A program made the position numbers and the translations under genes. This document shows positions 11,426 to 22,236 of a stretch of 64,000 nt of DNA, piece by piece (the stretch's first letter is position 1; each line of letters begins with the position of its first letter). The notes under the pieces are model-generated. The model had not been told where the DNA came from, did not search any database, and was given only the letters and a program-made list of their open reading frames with translations. Location of the stretch: contig JBBQFN010000003.1 of assembly GCA_038321985.1 (NCBI GenBank), forward strand, positions 288,001-352,000, written 5' to 3'. The DNA comes from Cyanophyceae cyanobacterium. GTDB taxonomy: Bacteria; Cyanobacteriota; Cyanobacteriia; Cyanobacteriales; Laspinemataceae.

Positions 11426-13789
11426 ATGAGCGTAAGCAATTCCTTCACTTTAAAAATTCTCCAAGACACCTTTTTAAAAGTGTCCCCCGCGTCATCTTCT
11501 ACCTTAACCCACACCCAAAAGGTAGCCGTAAAAGCGGGAGAGACAGTTACGATTAAAAGTTACGAATTGAGCAGCGGTCATTTCCGAGTGCAATTAGCCA
11601 GTGCGATCGCCCCAGTGGGTGAATCCGGCTACTTTTATGAAAAACACATCGAAGTGGTTCCAAACCTCGTTAACTGTACCTTCAACAGCGGTAACTCCAC
11701 CGAACCCCCTCCAGGTTTTGGGCTGCTAACCATCCTAGAAACCACCAAAATCAAAGCCAAACCCGAAGACTCCTCTCAACTGAGCGATCGCCAACAAACC
11801 GAACTTCAAAAAGGCCAAACCTTTTTAATCACCGGCCATGCTTGCGTGGCCCACCATTTTCGGGTTTCCCTTTCCGAAGAAATCCCGGGATTTGGTACCA
11901 GTGGTTATCTTTATCATCCCCACATTAGTCTCCAAAAAGATGGAAAAGCGATCGACTACGATGCTAACGCCATCACCCTGACCATTCTCCAAACCAACCC
12001 CTTCAAAAAACAACCTGTTGATTCCAGTCAACTCCAAGCTGAAGAACAATATCCCCTAAAATCTGGGGAGATTTACGGGGTAGCCAGCTATGCAATGGAA
12101 GCGGGTCATTTAAAAATTTCCCTAACGGAAAACCTGCCTCAATTTGGCAATACCGGCTATGTCTTTCCCGATTTTGTGCAGTTAAACCGGGGCAACAGCG
12201 AAATTAGTACCGGGTTTGGCCTCAGTTATCAAGGCCCGACCGAAGTTTTAGTCCAGAAACCTGTGATTTTGAAAGGCACTTATGAACCCCAGAAAATCGC
12301 CAAGGTCACTTTATCGGCAGAAGATAAGTTTTCCCTGCCGGTCCAATTAAATCCCACTACAGGCACTTGGCAGGTGGATTTAAACAGCGGGTTTAGTGCC
12401 GCCGGATCTCGCTGGTTGCGCCTCAAAGGAACCGATGCAAATGGTCAATTGATTGGGTCTGAAGTCATTTATATTACCGTCAGTACCGACCCCTTAAACG
12501 TGGGGGAAGCCTTGACGTTAAAGATTCAGCAGGATACCTTTTTTAAGGTTTCACCTGTGGATTCTGCCAGTCTCAGCGCCCAGCAAAAAGTATTAGTCAA
12601 GGCAGGAACGACGGTTCAAGTCAGCCGCTACGGATTTCTGGATGGTCATCTCAAGGTTACTCTAAATCCTCCTATTCAACCTATCGGGGAGTTTGGCTAT
12701 TTTTACGAAGGCCATACCCAACTCACTAAAGGCAGTAAAGTCTTTCAATTTAATATTGAGGATGTGCCGACTTCTGGAACTCCCGGCCAAATGTTGGTTA
12801 CGAAAACTACATTAATTAAAGCGCAACCTGTCGATTCCGCAAACCTTTCAACAGGTCAAAAAGCTGAGTTACTGCTAGGTAAAACTTTGGGAATTACCGG
12901 ATATGCCTCTACCTCCGGCCATTTCCGGGTAACCTTGAGTGAATCGATTCCTGGTTTTGGCAATGTGGGTTATGTGTATTGGCAACACGTCCAGATTAAG
13001 AACCGGAGTCAGGTCGTCTCGTATGATTCTGATGCGTTGACGGCAACAATTCGGGAGACGACAGCGTTTAAGAAACAACCTGTAGATGCGGCGAAGTTGA
13101 CGGGTACGGATAAGGTGACCCTACCCTTGGGACGAGTGTATGGGGTGGCAAGTTATGCGATCGAGTCGGGACATTTGAAAGCGTCGTTAACCGAGGAGTT
13201 TCCCGGTTTCGGAAATACAGGTTATCTATTTCCGGGTCATCTCCTGATGCAGCGGGGGGGTCGCAGCTTTGATCCGATTCCGAATCAAATTGAACTGAAT
13301 GTACCGTATTTTTCCCAGCGGGATAATCCTCGCTACTATTGGTCTACCTGCAACGTGACCTCGATCGCCATGGTGTTTCACTACCACGGCATCCGGTCCC
13401 AACGGGGGGGGCAGTTGGAGGATGAACTGCTGCAATGGTGTTTCAACTATGGCGGCGTTGGGTCCCAAACCGATCACAGCGTCCTGTCAGCCATGATCCG
13501 CGCCTACGGGGTTAAGCACAGCTTTAACACGACCAGTACCTGGTCTGATGTCAAAAATGAGCTGATTAATCGCCGTCCGGTGGTGATTGCGGGATACTTT
13601 ACTGCGACGGGCCATATTATCACGATTATTGGATATAACCGGCAAGGGTTCATTGTTCAGGACCCCTGGGGAGATGCGCTGACAGGTTACAGCAATACGG
13701 AAGGACGGCGCTTGATGTATCCCTACAGCTATATGGACCGGGTTTGTGGTCCCGATGGCAATGTTTGGATCCATTCGATTCAGAAATAG
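11426..13789 (+). CDS. C39-like cysteine peptidase with repeated N-terminal beta modules
   Basis: C-terminal LNVPYFSQRDN...TCNVTSIAM...GHIITIIGY...VQDPWG; repeated modules ending PGFGxxGYxY. Confidence 0.82.
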   Translation: MSVSNSFTLKILQDTFLKVSPASSSTLTHTQKVAVKAGETVTIKSYELSSGHFRVQLASAIAPVGESGYFYEKHIEVVPNLVNCTFNSGNSTEPPPGFGLLTILETTKIKAKPEDSSQLSDRQQTELQKGQTFLITGHACVAHHFRVSLSEEIPGFGTSGYLYHPHISLQKDGKAIDYDANAITLTILQTNPFKKQPVDSSQLQAEEQYPLKSGEIYGVASYAMEAGHLKISLTENLPQFGNTGYVFPDFVQLNRGNSEISTGFGLSYQGPTEVLVQKPVILKGTYEPQKIAKVTLSAEDKFSLPVQLNPTTGTWQVDLNSGFSAAGSRWLRLKGTDANGQLIGSEVIYITVSTDPLNVGEALTLKIQQDTFFKVSPVDSASLSAQQKVLVKAGTTVQVSRYGFLDGHLKVTLNPPIQPIGEFGYFYEGHTQLTKGSKVFQFNIEDVPTSGTPGQMLVTKTTLIKAQPVDSANLSTGQKAELLLGKTLGITGYASTSGHFRVTLSESIPGFGNVGYVYWQHVQIKNRSQVVSYDSDALTATIRETTAFKKQPVDAAKLTGTDKVTLPLGRVYGVASYAIESGHLKASLTEEFPGFGNTGYLFPGHLLMQRGGRSFDPIPNQIELNVPYFSQRDNPRYYWSTCNVTSIAMVFHYHGIRSQRGGQLEDELLQWCFNYGGVGSQTDHSVLSAMIRAYGVKHSFNTTSTWSDVKNELINRRPVVIAGYFTATGHIITIIGYNRQGFIVQDPWGDALTGYSNTEGRRLMYPYSYMDRVCGPDGNVWIHSIQK

Positions 13790-13833
13790 ACCGGCGATCG
13801 CCGTCAAAATAGCTGGGTTATCCCAGTTTTAGT

Positions 13834-13861
13834 AAACGGGAGGGCAACTGCCTTCCCGTTT
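13834..13861 (+). terminator. Probable terminator hairpin
   Basis: AAACGGGAGGGCA-AC-TGCCTTCCCGTTT. Confidence 0.55.
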
Positions 13862-14029
13862 CTGCTTGCAATCAGGCATCAGACGGTTTACCGGAGTCTG
13901 AATCCCCATTCAGGTTTGGCGCTGCCCAATCTAAAATCTAAAATCTAAAACCTTAAACTCTCGCCCTGCGTTATCCTGAGCTTAGAGGCAATTTAAGTAT
14001 TAAGCATTGAAACTAAGGAGATTAAAGCG

Positions 14030-14503
14030 ATGAATTCGCACGGTTCTACGACAGTGGCCGATCGCATTTTTGCGAGTTTGCCCTACCTGCTGCCCTTGAT
14101 TGTGGGTTTGCAATTTGGCATTTTTTTGTTCAGAGAGTTTCCCTTTATACAAGTTCTATTTTCTCCTTTGCAACCCTTAGCAGCGATTTATTTCGGAATT
14201 CCATTTGCGGGACTGATTATCTTTTTCGTGCTGCTGTTTGCCGTGGTTAGAAATGACAATATCAGCCATTTCATTCGATTTAATACCATGCAGGCCATTC
14301 TGCTTGATATTCTGTTAGTCGTCACGGGTTTGGTGGTGAATCTGCTCGGGAATGCCCTTCCTGCCTTGGCAGTGCAGACTCTGTTTAATATGCTGTTTCT
14401 GGGAACCCTAGCGGCTGTCATCTATTCCGTGGCGCAGTCCTTGTTGGGACGTTATGCCGAAATCCCGACTATTTCTGATGCAGTCCATATGCAGGTTCGC
14501 TAG
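14030..14503 (+). CDS. Tic20 family membrane protein
   Basis: DRIFASLPYLLPL, VVRNDNISHFIRFNTMQA, GRYAEIPTISDAV. Confidence 0.9.
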   Translation: MNSHGSTTVADRIFASLPYLLPLIVGLQFGIFLFREFPFIQVLFSPLQPLAAIYFGIPFAGLIIFFVLLFAVVRNDNISHFIRFNTMQAILLDILLVVTGLVVNLLGNALPALAVQTLFNMLFLGTLAAVIYSVAQSLLGRYAEIPTISDAVHMQVR

Positions 14504-14548
14504 CACTAACCAGCAGCCAATGGCTGCTGGTGCGGCAATTTAGGCAGT

Positions 14549-15340
14549 TTATGGGGATAAAAGGCTGACGCGTTGCCTCACGGTATTTTCTAAGCTGCCA
14601 ATGCCTTCGATTTCTACCCGGATGCGATCGCCCACTTGTAATGGCCCTATCCCTTCCGGGGTTCCCGTTAAGACTACATCTCCCGGTAGTAGGGTCATCA
14701 CTTGAGAAATATAGGAGACGAGGACATCCGGTGGAAACACCATATTATCAATGATGCTAGATTGTACAGGTTTGGGCGCGTTATTCACAAAGGTCTGTAA
14801 CGCGGCCCCTGGACTCAGTTCGCGAACAATCCAAGGTCCGAGGGGGCAGAACGTATCAAATCCCTTGCCTCGGGTCCATTGACCATCTTTTTTTTGTAAG
14901 TCCCTGGCGGTCACATCATTGGCGATCGTGTACCCCCAAATTTTTCCCGTTGCCTCCTCGGGAGTACAATCCACGCAACGTTCTCCAATCACCAGGGCCA
15001 GTTCTCCCTCATAATCAACCCTCTCGGACTGAGGGGGATAAGCGATTTCATCTCCATCAGCAATCACAGCAGTGGGGGGTTTCAAAAACAGCAGCGGTTC
15101 TTTAGGAACAGGTGTTCCCATCTCTGCCGCATGATCTGCATAATTTTTGCCGACGGCGACAATTTTTGACGGAACGCACGGTGCTAAAAGCCGGTACGTT
15201 TCTGGTTCCAGGAACCGCTCAGTCGGTTGTCCCTTTAACCAGGGGGGCGCATCAAGCAACTGAACGCCTCTACTCAATTGAAGTAATCCATAATAAATCC
15301 GTCCCTCTGGGGTTTGGATTCGGACGTAGCGCTGTGCCAT
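14549..15340 (-). CDS. Fumarylacetoacetate hydrolase family protein
   Basis: GKNYADH, VDYEGELA, NDVTARD, KGFDTFCPLGP, LTGTPEG. Confidence 0.92.
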   Translation of the reverse strand: MAQRYVRIQTPEGRIYYGLLQLSRGVQLLDAPPWLKGQPTERFLEPETYRLLAPCVPSKIVAVGKNYADHAAEMGTPVPKEPLLFLKPPTAVIADGDEIAYPPQSERVDYEGELALVIGERCVDCTPEEATGKIWGYTIANDVTARDLQKKDGQWTRGKGFDTFCPLGPWIVRELSPGAALQTFVNNAPKPVQSSIIDNMVFPPDVLVSYISQVMTLLPGDVVLTGTPEGIGPLQVGDRIRVEIEGIGSLENTVRQRVSLLSP

Positions 15341-15877
15341 AACGTTGATTTATGCCCTCTGTCGTAGTGTGATGTTTGGCTCTTATGACCCTAGTAGGGG
15401 GAGTTTTGGAATCAGTCTTCGATAGTTCTAGGCACCCTCTCCATCGCCCCAAATGGTATCCTGTCTTCGGGTTAAAAAGATCTACTTTTGTCATCACATT
15501 TAAAAAAATATCTCATCACTCCACTCCTTTTAAATAAAAAACTATCACCATCTTGCAGGGTTGTTGTGACTACAAGCGCCCAATGCCAAATTCGGGAGAG
15601 AGCAAAAACCGCGCTTCGACTTCGCTCAGCGACCCCGCACTTAGAGAAAGGGGATTTTCTGTTTTCCCTTAGATTTCGGGACGGGTGCAGAAATCCGAAA
15701 TCGATATGATAAGATAAAAAACTGCGCGTAAAATCAGGGCTAAAGCGGAGAAACTCGCTTAACCTTGTCATGCCTTGCTTCTTCACAATAAGGGCGGAAA
15801 AAAGCCGGTTTTAAAAGAGATGCGGGCGATCGCGCCTAGAGCGAAGAAGCCATTTAGTCCATAAGGAGATTCCCAGA

Positions 15878-16207
15878 ATGCGGTATATTTACGAAACCAT
15901 GTACATCCTCCGCCCCGACCTCGGAGACGAGCTCACCGATGGGGCGATCGCTAAATATCAATCCTTGTTACAAGAAAATGGGGTGGAGAGTGTTGAGACT
16001 CAACACCGGGGAAAACGTCGCCTTGCTTATGAAATTGGCAAGCATCGCGATGGCATCTATATTCAAATGAACTATGAATGTGATGGCAGCCAAATCGCCC
16101 CCTTAGAACGTGCTATGCGTCTGAGTGAAGACGTTATCCGTTATTTGACCATCAAGCAACCCGTTCGCGAAGTTGAAGAGGAAGAAGAGGAAGTTGCCAC
16201 CGCTTAA
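15878..16207 (+). CDS. rpsF: 30S ribosomal protein S6
   Basis: [27 protein letters not shown]. Confidence 0.97.
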   Translation: MRYIYETMYILRPDLGDELTDGAIAKYQSLLQENGVESVETQHRGKRRLAYEIGKHRDGIYIQMNYECDGSQIAPLERAMRLSEDVIRYLTIKQPVREVEEEEEEVATA

Positions 16208-16428
16208 GCGTGGGTAAGTTCCCCCTACCCTGAAGCCCCGATCCGGCCCAGGGTCCTGCATTCATCGCCCTTGCCAATTCATTGACAGGCGATCGGCGAT
16301 CGTGCAAGGATAAAAGATTGGCTGTCTATTTAAGCTCGGATCAGGTTCAGCCCTGACAAAAGCTGGCCCGATCGCTCATGCCTGACCGATAAACCAGCTA
16401 CCTGTACGGCACACTCCACCAGAATTCT

Positions 16429-16812
16429 ATGACTTACGCAATTATCGAAACCGGCGGCAAACAACTACGAGTAGAACCCGGTCGCTTCTACGACATCGAG
16501 CTACTTCCCGTAGAGCCCGAAGAAAGCATTACCCTGGAAAATCTCTTACTGATTCAGCATGACGATACCGTTCATATCGGTCAACCCTTTGTAGAAGGTG
16601 CGACCCTACAAGCAACCGTCATGCAACACTATCGGGGTCGCAAGGTGATCGTCTATAAGATGAAACCCAAAAAGAAAACCCGTAAAAAACGCGGACACCG
16701 CCAAGAAATCACTCGGCTGATGATCGACTCCATCAGTTTAAATGGGGCCGTGTTAGCTGCGGCGGAACATACCACCCCAGCCTCCTCTACCTCCTCAACT
16801 GAGGCAGAATAA
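16429..16812 (+). CDS. rplU: 50S ribosomal protein L21
   Basis: [29 protein letters not shown]. Confidence 0.97.
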   Translation: MTYAIIETGGKQLRVEPGRFYDIELLPVEPEESITLENLLLIQHDDTVHIGQPFVEGATLQATVMQHYRGRKVIVYKMKPKKKTRKKRGHRQEITRLMIDSISLNGAVLAAAEHTTPASSTSSTEAE

Positions 16813-16953
16813 AAATAGAGGGAATCGGGCAGCCAGTTGGAGGGGCATCAGCGATGGCGCAGTCCGGATAACGGACCTTCCCATTGAACCCTCCTCGGTG
16901 CTACCCTTCCCGAAGATTCAATCCTGAAATTAGTTAAGTAACACAGAGGAACT

Positions 16954-17241
16954 ATGGCTCATAAGAAAGGTACGGGTAGTACAAGGAACGGACGTGACTC
17001 TAATGCCCAGCGTCTTGGAGTCAAGCGCTATGGCGGCCAAGTCGTCCGCGCCGGAAATATTCTAGTTCGTCAGCGCGGAACCAAGTTTCACCCTGGACAA
17101 AATGTGGGGATTGGCAGTGACGACACTTTGTTTGCCTTGATTGATGGGGTCGTTACCTTTGAACGCAAGGGCAAGACTCGTAAGAAAATCAGCGTTTATG
17201 CAGTGGCAGCACAGGCGGAACTCGCCACCGTTGGCGCATAA
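16954..17241 (+). CDS. rpmA: 50S ribosomal protein L27
   Basis: [16 protein letters not shown]. Confidence 0.98.
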   Translation: MAHKKGTGSTRNGRDSNAQRLGVKRYGGQVVRAGNILVRQRGTKFHPGQNVGIGSDDTLFALIDGVVTFERKGKTRKKISVYAVAAQAELATVGA

Positions 17242-17266
17242 ACGGCTTAACCCAGTCCAAAGGATT

Positions 17267-17304
17267 AAAAAAGGGGTAAACGCTACAGCGTTTACCCCTT
17301 TTTT
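17267..17304. terminator. Rho-independent terminator (bidirectional form) after rpmA
   Basis: AAAAAAGGGGTAAACGCT-AC-AGCGTTTACCCCTTTTTT. Confidence 0.85.
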
Positions 17305-17463
17305 CTGATTTTTGGCTTGAGAGGCGATCGCCCTTAAGCCCCTCTCAAAAAAACCGGCGATCGCAGGGGAAAAAGATGTTACAGAACGTTACTAAATTCG
17401 CCAGCGATCGCCAGATAACTTTACACTTAATCTTTGAAACTGTCGCGTATTCCATCAGAAGAT

Positions 17464-18453
17464 ATGTTTCCAATTCATCGCCCTCGCCGCTTGCGTCAGC
17501 ACCCCCAACTCCGGAGAATGGTCCGGGAAAATCTCCTCACCCCTAGCGATTTAATCTATCCCCTGTTTGCTGTACCTGGGGAATCTGTCGCCAAAGAAGT
17601 CTCATCCATGCCCGGAGTCTACCAACTCTCGGTAGATAAAATTGTCGAAGAAGCCAAACAAGTCTATGACCTCGGCATTCCCGCCATTATCCTGTTTGGC
17701 ATTCCCGAAGACAAAGATACGGAGGCTACAGGGGCTTGGCATGACTGCGGTATCGTCCAGAAAGCAACCGCAGCCGTTAAAGCTGCCGTTCCCGACCTCC
17801 TCGTGATCGTGGATACCTGTCTGTGCGAATACACCAGTCACGGTCACTGCGGCTATTTAGAAGTTGGGGATTTAACGGGTCGGGTGCTCAATGATCCTAC
17901 CCTGGAGTTGCTGAAGAAAACGGCGATCGCCCAAGCGAAAGCCGGTGCAGATATCATCGCACCGTCGGGGATGATGGATGGATTCGTTCAAGCGATCCGG
18001 TCCGGGTTAGATGGGGCCGGATTTGAAGATATCCCGATTATGTCTTATGCGGCTAAATATGCCTCCGCCTATTATGGACCGTTCCGAGATGCGGCAGATT
18101 CCTCCCCTCAGTTTGGCGATCGCCGCACCTATCAGATGGATCCGGCTAACGGTCGAGAAGCCCTCACCGAAATTGAACTTGATATTCATGAAGGGGCGGA
18201 TATGCTGATGGTAAAACCCGCCCTCGCCTATATGGATATCATCTGGCGAGTGAAACAGGCGACGAACCTGCCGGTTGCCGCTTATAACGTCTCTGGAGAG
18301 TATGCGATGGTGAAAGCCGCTGCCCTCAATGGCTGGATTGATGAGGAACGCGTCGTTCTGGAAACCTTAACCGGGTTTAAGCGGGCCGGTGCTGACCTAA
18401 TTCTCACCTACCATGCGAAAGATGCGGCCCGTTGGCTAACAAAGCAGTCTTAA
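17464..18453 (+). CDS. hemB: Porphobilinogen synthase (ALA dehydratase)
   Basis: [46 protein letters not shown] at 17464. Confidence 0.96.
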   Translation: MFPIHRPRRLRQHPQLRRMVRENLLTPSDLIYPLFAVPGESVAKEVSSMPGVYQLSVDKIVEEAKQVYDLGIPAIILFGIPEDKDTEATGAWHDCGIVQKATAAVKAAVPDLLVIVDTCLCEYTSHGHCGYLEVGDLTGRVLNDPTLELLKKTAIAQAKAGADIIAPSGMMDGFVQAIRSGLDGAGFEDIPIMSYAAKYASAYYGPFRDAADSSPQFGDRRTYQMDPANGREALTEIELDIHEGADMLMVKPALAYMDIIWRVKQATNLPVAAYNVSGEYAMVKAAALNGWIDEERVVLETLTGFKRAGADLILTYHAKDAARWLTKQS

Positions 18454-19118
18454 TCCGGAATCCCGCTTTAAACGTCCTATTTTGGAGGGCAGCCCGCCCC
18501 TGCGGGCTATATATATAGCCTTAATGCCCCGGGCTTGCCTAGGGTTTTTGTAGCCCCACCCTTCTCGGGTGAGGTGTTTTTGCCTTGCAAAATTTTTGGA
18601 TGCGGTTGTTCTGAGAAAGCCAAATCCTTACCCCGTCTGAGCTCCTTAGATTTCCAGAAAAAGAAGGGTTAGGACCTAGATAGAATCGTCGGACTATTTG
18701 TTACCCGCCTCGGGGAAAATGTCACGAAATTATCATATAAAAACTCCGGAATTAAGGTGATAAATTTGGAGCTTATGTTATAAAAATAGTTATAGGATTA
18801 AAAACTTTCGTATTTTAGGAATCAGAATCAAAATTCTTGGGCTTTGAGTTGATAACTCCATGACTTAGGGAAACTGAAAATAGCTATTCTTGTTGTGTCA
18901 CAGCAGGAAAATTTTTCGGTATTCTCGTAAAAACAGGAAGTAAGCAGTTGAGTGCAAAACTGGAACAATGCTCACCTCTCCTGCAAAAAATCTGATCCCT
19001 TCTAATCCCTATATCGGGCGGGGGTTGATTTAAAAGAAAGCATTAAAGGCCAATAAGCACTCAATCTAAAGAGCGATTTGTCCATAAACCTAGATATTAA
19101 GTGAGTAGGAAAACGACG

Positions 19119-19592
19119 ATGGATTGCAGTCATATTCAATTTCGCGATCGCAAAGAAGACGTAGATATCCAACAGCTTAAAAGGCTATTTGAACTCACCG
19201 CTTTTTGGGCGCGGGAACGAAAACTTGAGGATTTAGCCGTGGCGATCGCCAACAGTGATCCCGTGATTACCGTGTGGGAAGGAGAGCGCCTGATTGGTTT
19301 AGCCCGCGCCACCTCCGATGGCATTTACCGCGCCACCATCTGGGATGTCATCATTCACCCGGAGTATCAAGGAGTGGGATTAGGGCGCAAGTTAGTCGAA
19401 ACCCTCTTAAGTCATCCCCGCATGAATCGCGTAGAGCGAGTTTACCTGATGACCACCCATCAGCAGCGATTCTACGAGCGGATTGGGTTCGAGGAAAACT
19501 CGACGACAACCATGGTCCTCTACAATAATCAGACTTTTACCCGGGAACTTACGACTCACGAAGTGCTCGTGGAAGCAAGCATTGAAGCCTAG
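19119..19592 (+). CDS. GNAT family N-acetyltransferase
   Basis: IWDVIIHPEYQGVGLGRKL acetyl-CoA motif, FYERIGF. Confidence 0.88.
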   Translation: MDCSHIQFRDRKEDVDIQQLKRLFELTAFWARERKLEDLAVAIANSDPVITVWEGERLIGLARATSDGIYRATIWDVIIHPEYQGVGLGRKLVETLLSHPRMNRVERVYLMTTHQQRFYERIGFEENSTTTMVLYNNQTFTRELTTHEVLVEASIEA

Positions 19593-20601
19593 TTATTTGC
19601 GACTCGTCTTCCCGCCGAAGCTCCTCGGCAACTGGGGGAGCTTCAACAATTTCTAAATGTCCGCCCATCATTTCTACAATACTCTGATTCATCATCAAAA
19701 TCGTACCGGGGGACAGATCCGCCTCAGTTTGAGTCGAAAGATCTTTACGGTTTTGCTGGAGTTGCAGAAAATCCAGGGGTTCGCAAAAACAATTAGGGGG
19801 GAGGGGCAGATCAATCGAAATAATCACATGACCTGCCTGGGTTTTGCCGTTGGTTGAGCCCTCAGTTGAGATCGATAAGGGAGAGACTTTTGCAGAAATG
19901 CCGATATTGCCATTCCCGACTGGGGTAATAGCAATATCAATAAATGTGACTAGCACCTGAGTCAGGCACCGCTGGTCCGCCTGAACGGAAATCTTAGGGT
20001 CTGGTTGGGAAATGTGCAATGAAATATTGCGATTTGCGGCTTGAAGTTCAGTCAAATAATGGACTTCTTCAAACACATCAGCAAGTTGTAGAGTTTCCAG
20101 TTTGAGGGGGTTACGACCTTCCTCAATCCGAGAGACTTCAATAATGCGATCAAGCATTTGAATCATCTTGTGAACGGAGTTATTCGCCTGGACCAAAAAC
20201 TCTCGTTCTTCGGCTGGATTATCACACAAATCGCTTAAAATTAATTGATGAACGCCGATTAAACTATTTAAAGGCGATCGCAACTCGTGGGAAATCCGCG
20301 ACAAAAAACCAGCTTTAAACTGACACATTTGCCGAGTCAGCAGGTAATCAAGCTGAGTTTGTTTGAGGCGAGTGGATAGGTTAGAGTCTCCTAATTTTTT
20401 ATCCTGAGCTGGGGGGAGATGAGTATTGGGCCTGGATCTGTAGCGCGATCGCATCAGCCATCCCCCTCCAAACCCAATCCCCACGGCACCGATTGCAGAG
20501 ATCAAATAGAGCCAATCCATAGTTTGCCCGAAATTCCAACCTAATTCCTGAACGCTGATTGCGGTTAAGGGAGAAATGGTATTCCCTCTCATTTTTCCCA
20601 A
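19549..20601 (-). CDS. Membrane-anchored histidine kinase-like protein with degenerate ATPase domain
   Basis: N-terminal TM helix, H-box SHELRSPLN; canonical N and G boxes not recognisable; 3' end overlaps the GNAT gene convergently. Confidence 0.75.
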   Translation of the reverse strand: MGKMRGNTISPLTAISVQELGWNFGQTMDWLYLISAIGAVGIGFGGGWLMRSRYRSRPNTHLPPAQDKKLGDSNLSTRLKQTQLDYLLTRQMCQFKAGFLSRISHELRSPLNSLIGVHQLILSDLCDNPAEEREFLVQANNSVHKMIQMLDRIIEVSRIEEGRNPLKLETLQLADVFEEVHYLTELQAANRNISLHISQPDPKISVQADQRCLTQVLVTFIDIAITPVGNGNIGISAKVSPLSISTEGSTNGKTQAGHVIISIDLPLPPNCFCEPLDFLQLQQNRKDLSTQTEADLSPGTILMMNQSIVEMMGGHLEIVEAPPVAEELRREDESQITRLQCLLPRALRES

Positions 20602-21224
20602 TCCGCACTGTTTGAGTCTAACTTAATTACACCTTGACGGAGGATTTCCCAACTGAACCCCATCCACTTCGCCACCGTGGAAGGGACGCCACTGGCCGTC
20701 GGGGAGGGTTCCATGCGATCGCATTCTAGGGCCACGACTTCAGGAAAGCGCAAGGCAATCTCTGTCATGGTCTGCAACGGGGGTTCGCCACTGAGATTGG
20801 CGCTGGTGGTTGCTAAAGGGCCAGTTTGTCCTAAAATTCTGCGGGCAACTGCCAGATCCGGAACTCGAATCCCGATGGTACTTGGATCAACCGGATTCAT
20901 TACCGAGGGGACAGCACTAGAGGCCGGTAAGACTAATGTTAGCGCACCGGGCCAGTGTCGGTCCGCCACGGCTTGCCACAGCAGCAACTCCGTCGGCGTA
21001 CTCCTGACAAAAGGCCAGAGGTCTGCTGAAGTGGCTCCCATCAAAATCAGGGGTTTATTGAGACTGCGTTGCTTGACGGCAAAGATGGACTCAGCGCGGC
21101 TGGGTAGAACTGCTAATGCAGGGACTGTATCCGTGGGAAAACTCACCACTTGGCCCCCAAGGGCAGCCTCAATCAAAACTTTTTCGGAAACTGCTGTCAT
21201 CTTGGCGTTTGGGACTCTCAACAT
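20589..21224 (-). CDS. tsaC: L-threonylcarbamoyladenylate synthase (Sua5/YrdC)
   Basis: FPTDTV, KQRSLNKPL, WPGALTLVL, IGIRVP, TTSANLSG. Confidence 0.88.
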   Translation of the reverse strand: MLRVPNAKMTAVSEKVLIEAALGGQVVSFPTDTVPALAVLPSRAESIFAVKQRSLNKPLILMGATSADLWPFVRSTPTELLLWQAVADRHWPGALTLVLPASSAVPSVMNPVDPSTIGIRVPDLAVARRILGQTGPLATTSANLSGEPPLQTMTEIALRFPEVVALECDRMEPSPTASGVPSTVAKWMGFSWEILRQGVIKLDSNSADWEK

Positions 21225-22153
21225 TAAATCCGGTAAGCTCGGGCAAATCGCTCAATGCCTGCTAAGTCTGAGAATATCTCAATTTGGCAATAATGGCCTT
21301 GGCGTTGCAGTAACTCGCTGACGGCAGGGGCCTGTCCTGCCATCATTTCTAAGAGCAAAATTCCGCCACTGCATAAATAAGTCGGTGCAGTAGCAATCAG
21401 ATGGCGGATGCAGTCTAAGCCATCGGGCCCCCCATCCAGGGCGATCGCCGGTTCGTGGTGAGCAACTTCTGGTTCTAATTCACGGATCATCGCCGTGGGG
21501 ATGTAAGGGGGGTTGGAGACAATGCCACTAAATTGTTTTAATCCCTGAAAGGGATGTAATGGCTCGAACCAGGATCCGCAATAAAACTGAATGCGATCGC
21601 CGTACCCTAGGCTTAAGGCATTCTCGCGGGCGATCGCCAGGGCCTCTTCTGAGCGGTCCACTGCATGAATTGTCGCCTTGGGCAACACTTCTGCCAAACC
21701 GAGGGCGATCGCGCCACTGCCGGTTCCTAAATCTGCCCACTCTCCCTCAGTTAAGGGAGTTTTCGGGTTCCGGCGAGCATCGGACAGGGCGGCCCTTAAG
21801 GCCAAATCGATCGCCCACTCCGTTTCCGGTCGAGGGATGAGCACCCCAGGACCAACCCCTAAAGAAAAATTTCGCCAAGGGGTAACCCCGGCGAGATATT
21901 GGACTGGCACCCGGTCTTGGAGGCGTTGCTGCCACTGTTCTGTGAGTTGTGCCAAGGAGCGGTTTAATGGAATCTGCGATCGCCCTTTGTAGGATTCCAG
22001 ACGCAGGGCTAACTTATCCAAATCGCTGACTGCTAGCAACAGCCAATCTAACTCCTCAACCGGCACATTTGCCACCGTAGCAGCAGCGCGAGCTTTCTGA
22101 CGCCACTGCCACAGCTCTAACCCAGAAACCTGCCGCTCAGATGAACAGGTCAT
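21224..22153 (-). CDS. prmC: Release factor glutamine methyltransferase
   Basis: PVQYLAG, LIPRPETE, DLGTGSGAIA, SNPPY, ALDGG. Confidence 0.95.
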   Translation of the reverse strand: MTCSSERQVSGLELWQWRQKARAAATVANVPVEELDWLLLAVSDLDKLALRLESYKGRSQIPLNRSLAQLTEQWQQRLQDRVPVQYLAGVTPWRNFSLGVGPGVLIPRPETEWAIDLALRAALSDARRNPKTPLTEGEWADLGTGSGAIALGLAEVLPKATIHAVDRSEEALAIARENALSLGYGDRIQFYCGSWFEPLHPFQGLKQFSGIVSNPPYIPTAMIRELEPEVAHHEPAIALDGGPDGLDCIRHLIATAPTYLCSGGILLLEMMAGQAPAVSELLQRQGHYCQIEIFSDLAGIERFARAYRI

Positions 22154-22236
22154 CGATAATTTGGTCCTTTATCCGCGATCGTTTCCCCTAGCATCAATCG
22201 TCCCCTGTCTTTTCGTCAAGGGTGAGAGGTTCGGGG

